From Halarcobacter sp. (GTDB lineage: Bacteria; Campylobacterota; Campylobacteria; Campylobacterales; Arcobacteraceae), in NCBI GenBank assembly GCA_963676565.1, contig OY781089.1, positions 192,001 through 256,000 on the forward strand: a stretch of DNA of 64,000 bases. Direction: 5' to 3'. The notes beneath the pieces are model-generated. The model searched no databases. It saw only the letters and a list, made by a program, of their open reading frames with translations, and was not told where the DNA came from. A program made the translations under genes and the position numbers. Below are positions 1 to 10,050 of this stretch, in pieces (positions within the stretch are counted from its first letter, which is position 1; each line of letters starts with the position of its first letter).

Positions 1-524
1 AAAATTTTCCAATCTCTTTGCTCAATTGAACCAATATATCTATAGGCATAAGAACTACCAAAAGGTATTTTAATCTCCATAATTTCACCTTGTTTTAGCC
101 CAATATTTTGTGCCATAACAGGAATATTTGGAAGCCTTTCAACCATCCCATTTGCTAAAACTTCAATACCTTTGTAGATGTTTAAATATGGATCACTTAA
201 TTCAATCCCCCAATAATCTAAAACTGAAATTGGTAAATTATTTTTTCTACTTCTAATATTTTTAATTACATTTAACATCTCATCTTTTGAGTTAAGTGCA
301 ATTAATACTTGACTATGTATATCTTTATCTAAAACCATCGCTAGTTTAGACTCAGAAGTAGGATCAAATTTATAAAAAGTAAAATTGGAAGCTTTGTTTT
401 CAGGGACAATGGAATCGTTCATATAAACTACGTCATAGTTGTTGTCCCTAGTATTAGTTTCAACAATTCTTTTCATAAGTTTTTTAGCAACAATACCATC
501 TAAAATTACTAATATTTTTTTCAT
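1..524 (-). CDS. COG3400-like TrkA/RCK-domain protein, 5' part only (runs off the window start)
   Basis: Not in the ORF track. Manual translation from ATG at 524 gives MKKILVILDGIVAKKLMKRIV...GEIMEIKIPFGSSYAYRYIGSIEQRDWKIF, open to base 1. The IPFGSSYAY segment resembles TrkA_C-type proteins of Campylobacterota. Confidence 0.6.
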   Translation of the reverse strand, partial: MKKILVILDGIVAKKLMKRIVETNTRDNNYDVVYMNDSIVPENKASNFTFYKFDPTSESKLAMVLDKDIHSQVLIALNSKDEMLNVIKNIRSRKNNLPISVLDYWGIELSDPYLNIYKGIEVLANGMVERLPNIPVMAQNIGLKQGEIMEIKIPFGSSYAYRYIGSIEQRDWKI

Positions 525-569
525 AGGGTATTATATCAAAAAGTACTAAATATAATATTGCTTATTTGA

Positions 570-1415
570 TTAATTTTTTCCTGTAATTTTTAAATAATCT
601 TCATAAAATTTATCAAGGGGTTTTAGTTCATCATCTTTTAAAATCTTTATGCCATTTATATCTATATGTTTAAAACTTTCAAGTTGAAGATTATTTTCAT
701 TTATATCTTTATCTATACTATCATGTAAATATTTCAGTTTTTCTGCTAAATCTTTTCTATCTAGACTTAAAGAAATTGGAAATATTTGTTCAGACTCTTT
801 TATAATCTCAACTTTTGTTTTTATTTGAGGATTTATTTTAACCATAGTATCATATAACTCTTGTCTTACAACAGAAAATTCATTTTTAAAAAAAACATTA
901 AAAACTAATTTGTTATCTTTCTCAATTTTTTTAAACTCTACATTTTTTATATTATTTTTTAAAGTGTAATACTCAACCCAGTTTTTAGACATCTCTTCTT
1001 TATATAAAATTGTCAGGTTTTTTACATTTTTTATATTACCTTTAAAACTTTTGTTTTTTAATAAATAAAATTTTGAAAAAGTATTTTTTCCTCTTGTGAA
1101 AACCCATTTTAAATGAGTAATTTTATCAAGCTTTTCTTTGTCTAAATAATACTTTCTTGGGCTTAAAATTATTGAATATAATTTTTTATTTACATACATA
1201 TCTATCATTTCATCAAAGTCATCATATATTTTAATAATCACTTCATCTTTATATCTATTATCATTATTTACTTTTGTATTCCAAATTTTAGCAGCAACCA
1301 TAGCTTGTTTTTTAGAAACAAAAATTCCATCAGGATATATTCCCATATCGACAACATCCTTTGCATTTAGAAAAGAAAAGGATATGATTAAACCTATTGA
1401 AATTAGTATTTTCAT
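570..1415 (-). CDS. Periplasmic substrate-binding-like protein (PhnD/SsuA/transferrin-like)
   Basis: Signal peptide (MKILISIGLIISFSFLNA). Shares motifs FYLLKNK, VFNVFF and YDTMVKINPQIK with three neighbouring paralogs. Confidence 0.6.
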   Translation of the reverse strand: MKILISIGLIISFSFLNAKDVVDMGIYPDGIFVSKKQAMVAAKIWNTKVNNDNRYKDEVIIKIYDDFDEMIDMYVNKKLYSIILSPRKYYLDKEKLDKITHLKWVFTRGKNTFSKFYLLKNKSFKGNIKNVKNLTILYKEEMSKNWVEYYTLKNNIKNVEFKKIEKDNKLVFNVFFKNEFSVVRQELYDTMVKINPQIKTKVEIIKESEQIFPISLSLDRKDLAEKLKYLHDSIDKDINENNLQLESFKHIDINGIKILKDDELKPLDKFYEDYLKITGKN

Positions 1416-2260
1416 TTTAAAACCTCACCATAATTTTTATATAAAATCTCTAATTCTTCTAACTCATTATCTTCAATTAAAAAAACATTTTGAATTTGAA
1501 CATAAGATAATACAGCTAAATCAACTTTACCATTGTTAATTTTATCATTTAAATCTCTATATATCTTATCTAAAGACTCTCCTACTCCATCTCTTGTTAA
1601 ACCAATAGCCCTAAAAAAAATCTTAGGTGATTTTGCAATAATTTCCGTTTTATATTTAAATTGAGAATTAAACTGCAACATAAGGTCATATATATCTTTT
1701 GGTATGACTATGATTTTATCTTTATGAAAAAAGGCATCTAAAGCTACAGATTTTTCTGATTCTTTTTGTATATAATTTATTTTAGTTTTTTTATTATCTA
1801 TATTTTTACTTAATAAACTATGTGCCCAAAGTTTTTCTAAATCATTTTTATATGAAACTTTTATATTTTTAAAATCTTTAATATCAAAATTTGATTCTTT
1901 ATTTTTTAGCATATAAAACTCTACAAATTTAAGTTCATCTCTAGCTAATACCCATTTATATTTAGAATACTTTTCAAAAAACTCTTTATTTTCAAAATAG
2001 AAAGACCCAGTTGTTATAATGTTAGTGATTTTTTTATCTTTATAATCTTTTAATATGTCATCTTTATTTTCATAAAAGAACACCTCTAATTCTACACCGA
2101 AGTCGACTTTTTCCATATTTTTAAGCCAAAGTTTTGCACCTAACTTTACTTCTTTTTTTGAAAAATGTATATCTCCATACAATAATCCAAGAACTATTTT
2201 TTCCTTTGCATTTAAACAAAAAGATAAAAGTAATAGACTTAAAAATATTTTAATAAACAT
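1412..2260 (-). CDS. Periplasmic substrate-binding-like protein (PhnD/SsuA/transferrin-like)
   Basis: Signal peptide; paralog motifs FYMLKNK, ALDAFF, YDLMLQFNSQFK; 4-bp overlap with the next gene. Confidence 0.6.
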   Translation of the reverse strand: MFIKIFLSLLLLSFCLNAKEKIVLGLLYGDIHFSKKEVKLGAKLWLKNMEKVDFGVELEVFFYENKDDILKDYKDKKITNIITTGSFYFENKEFFEKYSKYKWVLARDELKFVEFYMLKNKESNFDIKDFKNIKVSYKNDLEKLWAHSLLSKNIDNKKTKINYIQKESEKSVALDAFFHKDKIIVIPKDIYDLMLQFNSQFKYKTEIIAKSPKIFFRAIGLTRDGVGESLDKIYRDLNDKINNGKVDLAVLSYVQIQNVFLIEDNELEELEILYKNYGEVLK

Positions 2261-2262
2261 TT

Positions 2263-3864
2263 TTATACCATTGGTATTTTAATGGTAAAAATTACACCAT
2301 CATTTATATTTTTAGCTGTTAATTTTCCTTGCATATTTTGTTCAACAATAACTTTAGACATATAAAGACCAATACCCGTACCTTGAGACTGATGTTTTGT
2401 AGTATAATATGGCTCAAATATTTTTGGTAAAACCTCTGCATCAATTCCACCACCATTATCTTCTATTTCTAAAACTCCACATTTATTTTCTTCATAGATT
2501 CTAATAATAACAAGTGGATTATCTATTTTTCTTTCAACTAAAATATCTTTTGCATTGGTTAAAATATTCATAACAGCCTGTGAAAACTCATTTGGTAATC
2601 CATAAACTTTACCACATCTTTCAAACACTTTTTCCACTTCAATATAATTAAATTTCAAACTTGCTCCAACCAAAGTTAAAGCCCTATCAAGTTCAGTTTC
2701 AATATCAAATTCTTGTTTTGTTTTATTTGGTCTAAAAAAGTTACTAAAATCATCTATTGTTTTAGATAAATAGTTAGAAGTTTTTACAATAGTATCAAGT
2801 TTGTCTAATTCCCTTTCATCATCAGACATTCCAAACTCTTTTTCTAATCTAATTCCAGAAGCTGATGTTGTAATTGCAGATAATGGTTGTCTCCATTGGT
2901 GTGAAATATTTGCAATCATCTCACCCATTGCAGCAAGTCTTGATTGTTGTATCATCAACTCTTCTTGTTTTTCTCTTTTTTTAAGTTCCTCTTTTATCCT
3001 AGAATCAAGACTTTTATTTAACTCTTCTAAAGCTTTTGTTTTATCTTCAAGTTCTTTATTTGTTTCATACAATTCTAAAGTTCTATCTTTTACTTTAATC
3101 TCTAAATCTTCTCTAGATTTTTGTAAAGCTTTTTGTGATTTTTCAATTGTTGAAATCATCTCATTGAAACTCGTAGAAAGTTCTCCTAATTCGTCATTTG
3201 ATTTATAATCGCTTCTAAGCTCCAAATTCCCTTTTTTTATCTTTTTTGCAACTTTATTTAATTCTATAACTGGCATTGAGAATTTCTTTGCAATAAGATA
3301 TGAAACTATAATAATTGTTAAAATACTAAAGAAAAAGAAAGCTGTAAATTCTAGATACATATTTTTTAAATTTGAATTATATTCTTTTAATGAAAGACTC
3401 ATATGCAATTCACCCCATTTTGTATTTGATAAAAAAATGGGATATGTGTATAAAAAAACATCTTTTTTTAAATTTTGGGAATAAACAATTTTATAAGATG
3501 GCTTATTAGAATTGTTATTATCATAAATTTTATGTAGTTTGTTTTCATAACTCCAATTACTATCACGAACAACATAAGAATCCCCAGAACTTCTTGAAAA
3601 GATTAATTCTTTAACCATTGAGTTTTGATTTAAAAATTTATCAAAAACTTCAACTATAATAGAACCATCATTTAAAATTATTGCATCTGAAGAGATATAA
3701 ATAAGCATCTTTGACATATTAAATGCCTGTGTGTCTAAAGCTTTAAGAATTTGTGATTTTTGCTTTGATAGAGTATATATAGAATATATAGTGGTAAAAA
3801 ACATTATAGAGATAAACATTACTACAAATATTTTAATAAAAATCTTATTACTTCTAATTAGCAT
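2263..3864 (-). CDS. Membrane sensor histidine kinase with HAMP domain
   Basis: Two TM segments, HAMP (DELGELSTSFNEM), H-box ANISHQWRQPL, G boxes DNGGGI and GTGIGLYM. Confidence 0.93.
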   Translation of the reverse strand: MLIRSNKIFIKIFVVMFISIMFFTTIYSIYTLSKQKSQILKALDTQAFNMSKMLIYISSDAIILNDGSIIVEVFDKFLNQNSMVKELIFSRSSGDSYVVRDSNWSYENKLHKIYDNNNSNKPSYKIVYSQNLKKDVFLYTYPIFLSNTKWGELHMSLSLKEYNSNLKNMYLEFTAFFFFSILTIIIVSYLIAKKFSMPVIELNKVAKKIKKGNLELRSDYKSNDELGELSTSFNEMISTIEKSQKALQKSREDLEIKVKDRTLELYETNKELEDKTKALEELNKSLDSRIKEELKKREKQEELMIQQSRLAAMGEMIANISHQWRQPLSAITTSASGIRLEKEFGMSDDERELDKLDTIVKTSNYLSKTIDDFSNFFRPNKTKQEFDIETELDRALTLVGASLKFNYIEVEKVFERCGKVYGLPNEFSQAVMNILTNAKDILVERKIDNPLVIIRIYEENKCGVLEIEDNGGGIDAEVLPKIFEPYYTTKHQSQGTGIGLYMSKVIVEQNMQGKLTAKNINDGVIFTIKIPMV

Positions 3865-3865
3865 T

Positions 3866-4750
3866 TTACCTCCTTTTTAAACTTTCATATTCTTTAAAAA
3901 AGTTTACCATATCTTTCATTTCTTCTTTACTAATTCTCTCTATTGAAGATTGATCCAATAATCTATAAATATACTCTAATTTTTTCATGATTTTAAGATC
4001 ATTGGTATATTTAAAAAACTTTTCAACAACCTCATCAGGTGTATTTTTATGAAAAGCCCCTACTCCATATAAAAATATCTTTTTGGATTCATCAACTATA
4101 GTTAATCTTTTTTTTAAAGCTGGATTGAGGTTAATCATATTATCAAAAACAACTTTTTTTACTACAGTAAAATCTGCTTTATTAAAATATAAATTCAAAA
4201 TTGCTCTACTTGCTTTTGCAACATTGATTTGTTCTTTAACTAAGGTTTTATAAGGTTTATTAACTTTTTTTAAACTTTTATAATCTAACCATGTATGAAG
4301 ATTATCATCTCCTAGAAAATTTACATAAGTTTTATTTTTAATATCTTTTATAGATTTTATTTTTGATTGTTTGTTTACTACAAGTACATAACTATGAAAT
4401 TTGTCTTTAGAAGAAAATGCAAAATAATCTCTAGTGTACTTATCTATTATCTCTCTATTTTTTAAAAAATAGTTAAGGTAAAAAACTGCATTGTTAAACT
4501 TTTTGAATTCTATATAAGATTGAAGCATTTCATCTTCACTATCAAAAAATTTTATATTTACTTCAAGTTCATTTCTCAAAATTTCAGTCAATAAAGCTTC
4601 AACTTTATAAACTGAACTTTTTATTTTATTTTGGTGAACTTTATCAAAACTATGAATTGTACAAGCTAGACTATAATTTTTATTGATGAATTCATCTGCA
4701 TTTAAAAACAATGCAAGAAACAATAAAAAAAACAACCTAAAAGTTTTCAT
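3866..4750 (-). CDS. Periplasmic substrate-binding-like protein (PhnD/SsuA/transferrin-like)
   Basis: Signal peptide; YVLVVNKQSKIKSIKDIKNK is a typical PhnD-like segment; FDNMINLNPALKK. Confidence 0.7.
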   Translation of the reverse strand: MKTFRLFFLLFLALFLNADEFINKNYSLACTIHSFDKVHQNKIKSSVYKVEALLTEILRNELEVNIKFFDSEDEMLQSYIEFKKFNNAVFYLNYFLKNREIIDKYTRDYFAFSSKDKFHSYVLVVNKQSKIKSIKDIKNKTYVNFLGDDNLHTWLDYKSLKKVNKPYKTLVKEQINVAKASRAILNLYFNKADFTVVKKVVFDNMINLNPALKKRLTIVDESKKIFLYGVGAFHKNTPDEVVEKFFKYTNDLKIMKKLEYIYRLLDQSSIERISKEEMKDMVNFFKEYESLKRR

Positions 4751-6197
4751 CTACCTTACTTCCAACAAGTTTATCAATGGTGGCTAAAGAAAGCATATAA
4801 TCATGTACACTTTTTAAATATGCTGATTTAACATACACTTCCATTAATTGAGATTGAACTAAATCTTCAGCCTCAACCATTTCATATTGATAACCTTTAA
4901 AGTTCATATCACTACTTTCAATTGCTGTATTAACTGCATCTTTTAAAGTTTGAACTTGTTCATATCCAATTGAGCTTTTTAGAAACTCATTTTTAAGTTG
5001 TAAGGCTACGCCCTCTTCTAAAAGAAGTTTTTGTTCATTTATAACTTTTTTGTCTAGTTTTTTCTCTATTACTTCATTTGTGGTTTTAAAACCATTAAAT
5101 AAAGACATTTTAACAGCAAGCCCTATGCTCCATCTATTTTCATCATCTTCATTTAGATAACCATATTCATATGAGTTATATGTATGGCTTGCATTTCCAA
5201 AAAGATTAACCATTGGATAGTAATCAGATTTTGATTCTTTAATTTGCTCATCTTTTATTTTTAAAGCTATATTTATTGTGTTTATCTCTGGGTTTAATGA
5301 AGAAGCTTTTTTTACTAAATCTTGAAGTTTTCTATTACTTTTTAAAATCTCTTTTTGATTATATTCAATTTTTAAAACATCATCATGTTTTAATCCCATA
5401 GTATTTGCTAAAGCTGACCTTAACATCTCTTTATTTAGTTCAATGGTTGATAAACCTGATTTAATCATAGAGGTTAAAAGTTTAATATTTAAATAATCAC
5501 TTCTATTAATTTTTAGTTCAGTTCCATTTTCTAAAAACTCTTTTGTTATGTCTCTACTGAACTTCATATTATTGTAAATACTTTCTATTAAAGTATGTAA
5601 TTCATTTGTAAGAACATAACCATAAAAATATCTTTTTATGTCATATATAACATTTGCTTTTTCTCTTATTATTGCTTGTTTTTTAATCTCTTTATTTAAT
5701 CGTGCTTGTTCAATAATAGCTGAGATTTTACCACCAGTATATAGGGGATAATTAACTTCAACTTGACCTCGTACAGTGTCTCTACCTTTTGCAATAGTAT
5801 CAATATCAGCAGGTAATGTTCCAGTGGGGAATAATGAAGCTGGAGTATTAGAAATAGTAGTACGCGCCGCTTCTCTTGCTACAGGATCATCAATTGATAA
5901 AGTATTTGCAAGGGCTAAAGTTTTAGTTAATTCAGAAGATAAAGTAAAACTTCCTCTTTGCTGATAAATAGTATCAGTACTATCTCTATTCACATATAAA
6001 ATAGCATCTATAGTTGGATAGTTTGCACTTAAAGCTTGTTCATATTGAGCATTTGCAATATCTAAATTTAATTTTGAGATTCTATTTAGTGCATTGTTTT
6101 TTAATGCAGTTTCTATTGCCTTATCAAGATTTACACTAACTTCATTTGCACATAAAGTTCCCATTAGCAAACTTGCTAGAATTAAATTTTTAAACAT
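4737..6197 (-). CDS. TolC-family outer membrane protein
   Basis: Signal peptide; LDKAIETALKNN start; two OEP repeats (ANYPTI...YPLYTGG and DYYPMV...MSLFNGF). Confidence 0.88.
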   Translation of the reverse strand: MFKNLILASLLMGTLCANEVSVNLDKAIETALKNNALNRISKLNLDIANAQYEQALSANYPTIDAILYVNRDSTDTIYQQRGSFTLSSELTKTLALANTLSIDDPVAREAARTTISNTPASLFPTGTLPADIDTIAKGRDTVRGQVEVNYPLYTGGKISAIIEQARLNKEIKKQAIIREKANVIYDIKRYFYGYVLTNELHTLIESIYNNMKFSRDITKEFLENGTELKINRSDYLNIKLLTSMIKSGLSTIELNKEMLRSALANTMGLKHDDVLKIEYNQKEILKSNRKLQDLVKKASSLNPEINTINIALKIKDEQIKESKSDYYPMVNLFGNASHTYNSYEYGYLNEDDENRWSIGLAVKMSLFNGFKTTNEVIEKKLDKKVINEQKLLLEEGVALQLKNEFLKSSIGYEQVQTLKDAVNTAIESSDMNFKGYQYEMVEAEDLVQSQLMEVYVKSAYLKSVHDYMLSLATIDKLVGSKVDENF

Positions 6198-6202
6198 ATT
6201 AA

Positions 6203-7489
6203 CTAATCCTTCTTATTGAAACTAGATAAAACCACTTGATTTCTTCCATTTTCTTTTGCTTCATATAATGCCTTATCTGCTAATCTATACATATCTTTTG
6301 AATCTAATAACTTTTCAGAATTTACAATAATTAGTCCTGCTGAGATCGTCACATAATTACTACATAAACTATTTTCATGGGGAATTTTTAATGATTCAAT
6401 CTCTTCTATAATAGACTCTAAAAACTCTAAAGATTCTTCAACACTATTACTAGTAAATACAAGTCCAAACTCTTCTCCCCCAAGTCTAAAGGCATAATCA
6501 CTAGCCCTAGAAGATTTAAGTTTTAGAACATTTGCAATTGCAACTAAAGTTTCGTCGCCCTTTGGATGTCCATAGGTGTCATTATAGTTTTTAAAATAAT
6601 CAACATCAATAATTGCCAAAGAAAGGCTTGTTTTTTCCCTTGTTAATCTTCTATTCTCTTTTTCAATAATTCTATTAAAATATCGTCTATTATAAATATC
6701 TGTTGTTTCATCTTTAATAGCTAATTGTTCCAATTTTTTCTTATTTGTAATATCTTCTCTAATAGCTAAAAAGTTTTCTATTTCACCCTCTTGATTTAAA
6801 ACAGGAGTAATTGTTAAATCAGACCAATAAACCTCTTGGTTCTTCTTTCTATTTTTAATTTCAGATTTAAATACTTTCCCTTTATTTATCTCTTTCCACA
6901 TCTCTTGGTAAAATTCATCAGGAGTATCTTCATGTCTAAGTATACTATGGGTATTTCCAAGTAGTTCCTCTTTTGTATAACCAATTAATTGACAAAAAAT
7001 ACTACTTGCATCGATGATAACACCATCTTTATCTGTAACTGACATCAATACATTTTCATCTAAAATTTTTAGCACATTCTCTTTTTCAAATAATCTATCC
7101 TGTAACCTTTTATTTACAACTGATTCTTGAATATTTATAAGTAGCTCTTTTAAATCAACTGGTTTTATTATAAATTTATTAACTTTAAGTTCTATTGCAT
7201 ATAGAAAATATTCTATATCAGAAAAAGCAGTAGTAATAATAACTGGCGTAGTAGTATTTAGTTCCCTTAACATATCAATACCGTTCATTTTAGGCATTTG
7301 AATATCGGTAACTATTACATCAGGTTTAACCTTTTTATAAACCTCTATACCCTCTAAACCATTTGAAGCTATATGAAAATTAGGAATAAATCTTTTGCAA
7401 AAGAAAGTGACCTCTTCTTTGATCATCTCTTCATCTTCAACATAAAGTACAGTTAGAGATTCCAGTAAATCTTTATTTAACTTTTTCAT
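6203..7489 (-). CDS. Diguanylate cyclase, REC-PAS-GGDEF
   Basis: REC (VLYVEDE, DIQMPKMNG, KP), PAS/PAC, DVDYFKNYNDTYGH, active-site GGEEF with RASD I-site five residues upstream. Confidence 0.93.
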   Translation of the reverse strand: MKKLNKDLLESLTVLYVEDEEMIKEEVTFFCKRFIPNFHIASNGLEGIEVYKKVKPDVIVTDIQMPKMNGIDMLRELNTTTPVIITTAFSDIEYFLYAIELKVNKFIIKPVDLKELLINIQESVVNKRLQDRLFEKENVLKILDENVLMSVTDKDGVIIDASSIFCQLIGYTKEELLGNTHSILRHEDTPDEFYQEMWKEINKGKVFKSEIKNRKKNQEVYWSDLTITPVLNQEGEIENFLAIREDITNKKKLEQLAIKDETTDIYNRRYFNRIIEKENRRLTREKTSLSLAIIDVDYFKNYNDTYGHPKGDETLVAIANVLKLKSSRASDYAFRLGGEEFGLVFTSNSVEESLEFLESIIEEIESLKIPHENSLCSNYVTISAGLIIVNSEKLLDSKDMYRLADKALYEAKENGRNQVVLSSFNKKD

Positions 7490-7625
7490 AAAATTTTTCC
7501 TAAATTGTAGTCTGGTATTTTCAAAACTTGAAACTACTGAATATTATAAGTTTATTATTTTTTTAATTTATTTTGTATTAATTAATTCTCCACCAAAGGG
7601 CTTTGCTGTTACATTTGTATTATTT

Positions 7626-8492
7626 TTATAAAGAGCTAATCTTATTTATTTTTTCTATAGCTCTTAGATAATCTTTTTTTTCTAAGTTTTTATTCAAGAG
7701 ATTATTTGTGATATTTTCAATTTTCTTTAATCTTTGCTCTTGGGTATCTATAAAAACTAGTACACTTTTATTTGTACTTTTAAAATACTTATGGGTAACA
7801 AAAAATTCACTTTTTAAATAGTGACCAGCTTTTTTCACTGAAACTAAATGGCTTTTATCACTATTTTGAACAATATGTTCAATCCAATTTTCATCTTCAT
7901 CTAAATTTTCAAGACTAAAAATATCTTTACATAACTTAGTTGCTTCTTTTAAAGAATTAATATTCTCATGCCCCAAATGTTCTAAAAACTTTTTACTCAT
8001 AAATTCAATCTCTTCCCCATGAAGAATAAACATAAAAGAGGGATTACTATCAAGTAAAAACTGCACATAATCATCAAAGCCATCACATAAATCATTTTTT
8101 TTGCCAAGATTTAATGATTTTTGAATAACAGTTAACATCTCAATCATATTTATTGGTTTTAAAAGATATTTTTCAATTCCAAGCTCAATAGCTTTTATTA
8201 AATAATCCCCATCACTATGGGCACTTGTTAAAATAATAGGAAAATCTTCTTTTATTTTTAAAATCTCTTCACACATATCTAGACCATTTTTAATAGGCAT
8301 TTGGATATCAGAAATTACAATGTCAGGTTCATGGGCTTTAAATAAATCAATTCCCTCTTGTCCATTTTTAGCAATTAGAAGTTTTTTTACACATTTTTTA
8401 AGAAAAAAACTAATCTCCTCAACAGTCATATCATCATCTTCTACATAAAGTACTGTTAAATTTTCAAATAAACTTTTATCAATTTTTTTCAA
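7626..8492 (-). CDS. Response regulator (REC plus PAS-like C-terminal region, no obvious DNA-binding domain)
   Basis: REC motifs VLYVEDD, SDIQMP, LLKP. Start moved to TTG at 8492, which follows an AAGGA RBS; the ORF-track start at 8540 lies deeper inside the upstream kinase. Confidence 0.85.
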   Translation of the reverse strand: MKKIDKSLFENLTVLYVEDDDMTVEEISFFLKKCVKKLLIAKNGQEGIDLFKAHEPDIVISDIQMPIKNGLDMCEEILKIKEDFPIILTSAHSDGDYLIKAIELGIEKYLLKPINMIEMLTVIQKSLNLGKKNDLCDGFDDYVQFLLDSNPSFMFILHGEEIEFMSKKFLEHLGHENINSLKEATKLCKDIFSLENLDEDENWIEHIVQNSDKSHLVSVKKAGHYLKSEFFVTHKYFKSTNKSVLVFIDTQEQRLKKIENITNNLLNKNLEKKDYLRAIEKINKISSL

Positions 8493-10050
8493 TATTAAAT
8501 TCCTTATATAGGGGTATTTTAACTGTAAATAATGCTCCATTTTTAGTATTTTTTACACTTAATTTACCCTCCATATTTTGTTCAACTATAATTTTTGACA
8601 TATATAAACCAATTCCTGTCCCTTTACCCTCTTCTTTTGTAGTAAAATATGGTTCAAAAACTTTATCTATAATATTTTGTGGGATTCCCCCTGCATTATC
8701 TTTAATACAAACAATTCCATAATCTTTATCATTTTTTACAGTAATAGTGACTTTTGCATTAGATATTGAATTCTCGCTAAAAGCATCCTTTGAATTATTC
8801 ATAATATTTAAAATGGTCTGTGAAAACTCATTTGAAAACCCAAATACTTTAATTTCACTCTCAAAGTTCTGTATAATCTTAATATTATGGTGTTCAAAGG
8901 TAGAATCAACAATATCTAGGGTTTTTTTAACAATATCATTTAAAACAAAAACCTCTTTCTCTTTATTTGGTTTAAAAAAGTTTCTAAAATCATCGATTGT
9001 TTTTGACATATTCTTAGATAATAAATTTACTTTATTTACAGATTTTTCCATAAATTCATCATCTAATTCATTAAGTTCATAGGCAAATTGGATATTTTGC
9101 ATCACTAAACTTAAGGCATTTAAAGGTTGTCTCCATTGGTGGGCAATATTTCCAATCATCTCACCCATTGAAGCTAGTTTTGATTGTTGAATTAATAATT
9201 GTTCTTGTTCTTGTCTTTTTCTAATCTCTGCATCAACTCTTTTTTCCAAGTTTTCATTTAAATCATTAAGCTCTTTTGTTCTTTGTTCAACCCTCTCTTC
9301 AAGTTTGGAATGAGACTCTCTTAATCTTTTTTGAGTCTCACTTAAAGCAGTAACCATTTTATTAAAACTTTGAGCTAACTTTCCTATCTCATCATTAGTT
9401 TTAATATCAACTTTCATAGATAAGTTACCCTTTGTTATCTCTTCTGTTATAGAGTTGAACTGAATAATTGGTGCGGTAATCATTTTAGCCAAAGTATATG
9501 AAATGATTAAAGATGTGAAAAGTAAAATTACGCCTAATGTTATAGCATTATTATCGATTTTTTCAAGCTGTTTTTGATACTCTAGTAGGTCTAATTCTAA
9601 AATTAAATCTCCCCAAATTATACCATTAAAATAGACTGGAAAAACATACCTAAAAATCTCTTGATTAAACTCTTTTGAATCAATAATTAAATACGAAGAT
9701 TTCTCAGCAGTTTTTATATCTCCTAACTTACCTCTTTCTATTAAACTCCAATTATCTTTTTTTACAATTATTCTATTACCATGATCCCTTGTAATTGTAA
9801 TAGATTTTAAATTTTCATTTAAAGAAACAAAATTTTGTACTGATTCTAAAAGTGTAATTTCATCCTCTACAACCATAGCATCGCTATTAGAGATATAAAT
9901 ATTTTGAGCAATACTTTTTGCTTTGATTTGTTGACTGTCTAAAATAGCCTCTTTTTGAGTAAAAATAAATTGATATGTAAAAAATACAAAAATAATAGTC
10001 ATTGTAAAAAATATGAGTATAAAAATTTTTAGGAATAAAGTAGATCTCAT
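8479..10050 (-). CDS. Membrane sensor histidine kinase with HAMP domain
   Basis: Two TMs, HAMP (DEIGKLAQSFNKM), H-box GNIAHQWRQPL, DNAGGI, GTGIGLYM; paralog of 2263-3864. Confidence 0.93.
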   Translation of the reverse strand: MRSTLFLKIFILIFFTMTIIFVFFTYQFIFTQKEAILDSQQIKAKSIAQNIYISNSDAMVVEDEITLLESVQNFVSLNENLKSITITRDHGNRIIVKKDNWSLIERGKLGDIKTAEKSSYLIIDSKEFNQEIFRYVFPVYFNGIIWGDLILELDLLEYQKQLEKIDNNAITLGVILLFTSLIISYTLAKMITAPIIQFNSITEEITKGNLSMKVDIKTNDEIGKLAQSFNKMVTALSETQKRLRESHSKLEERVEQRTKELNDLNENLEKRVDAEIRKRQEQEQLLIQQSKLASMGEMIGNIAHQWRQPLNALSLVMQNIQFAYELNELDDEFMEKSVNKVNLLSKNMSKTIDDFRNFFKPNKEKEVFVLNDIVKKTLDIVDSTFEHHNIKIIQNFESEIKVFGFSNEFSQTILNIMNNSKDAFSENSISNAKVTITVKNDKDYGIVCIKDNAGGIPQNIIDKVFEPYFTTKEEGKGTGIGLYMSKIIVEQNMEGKLSVKNTKNGALFTVKIPLYKEFNIEKN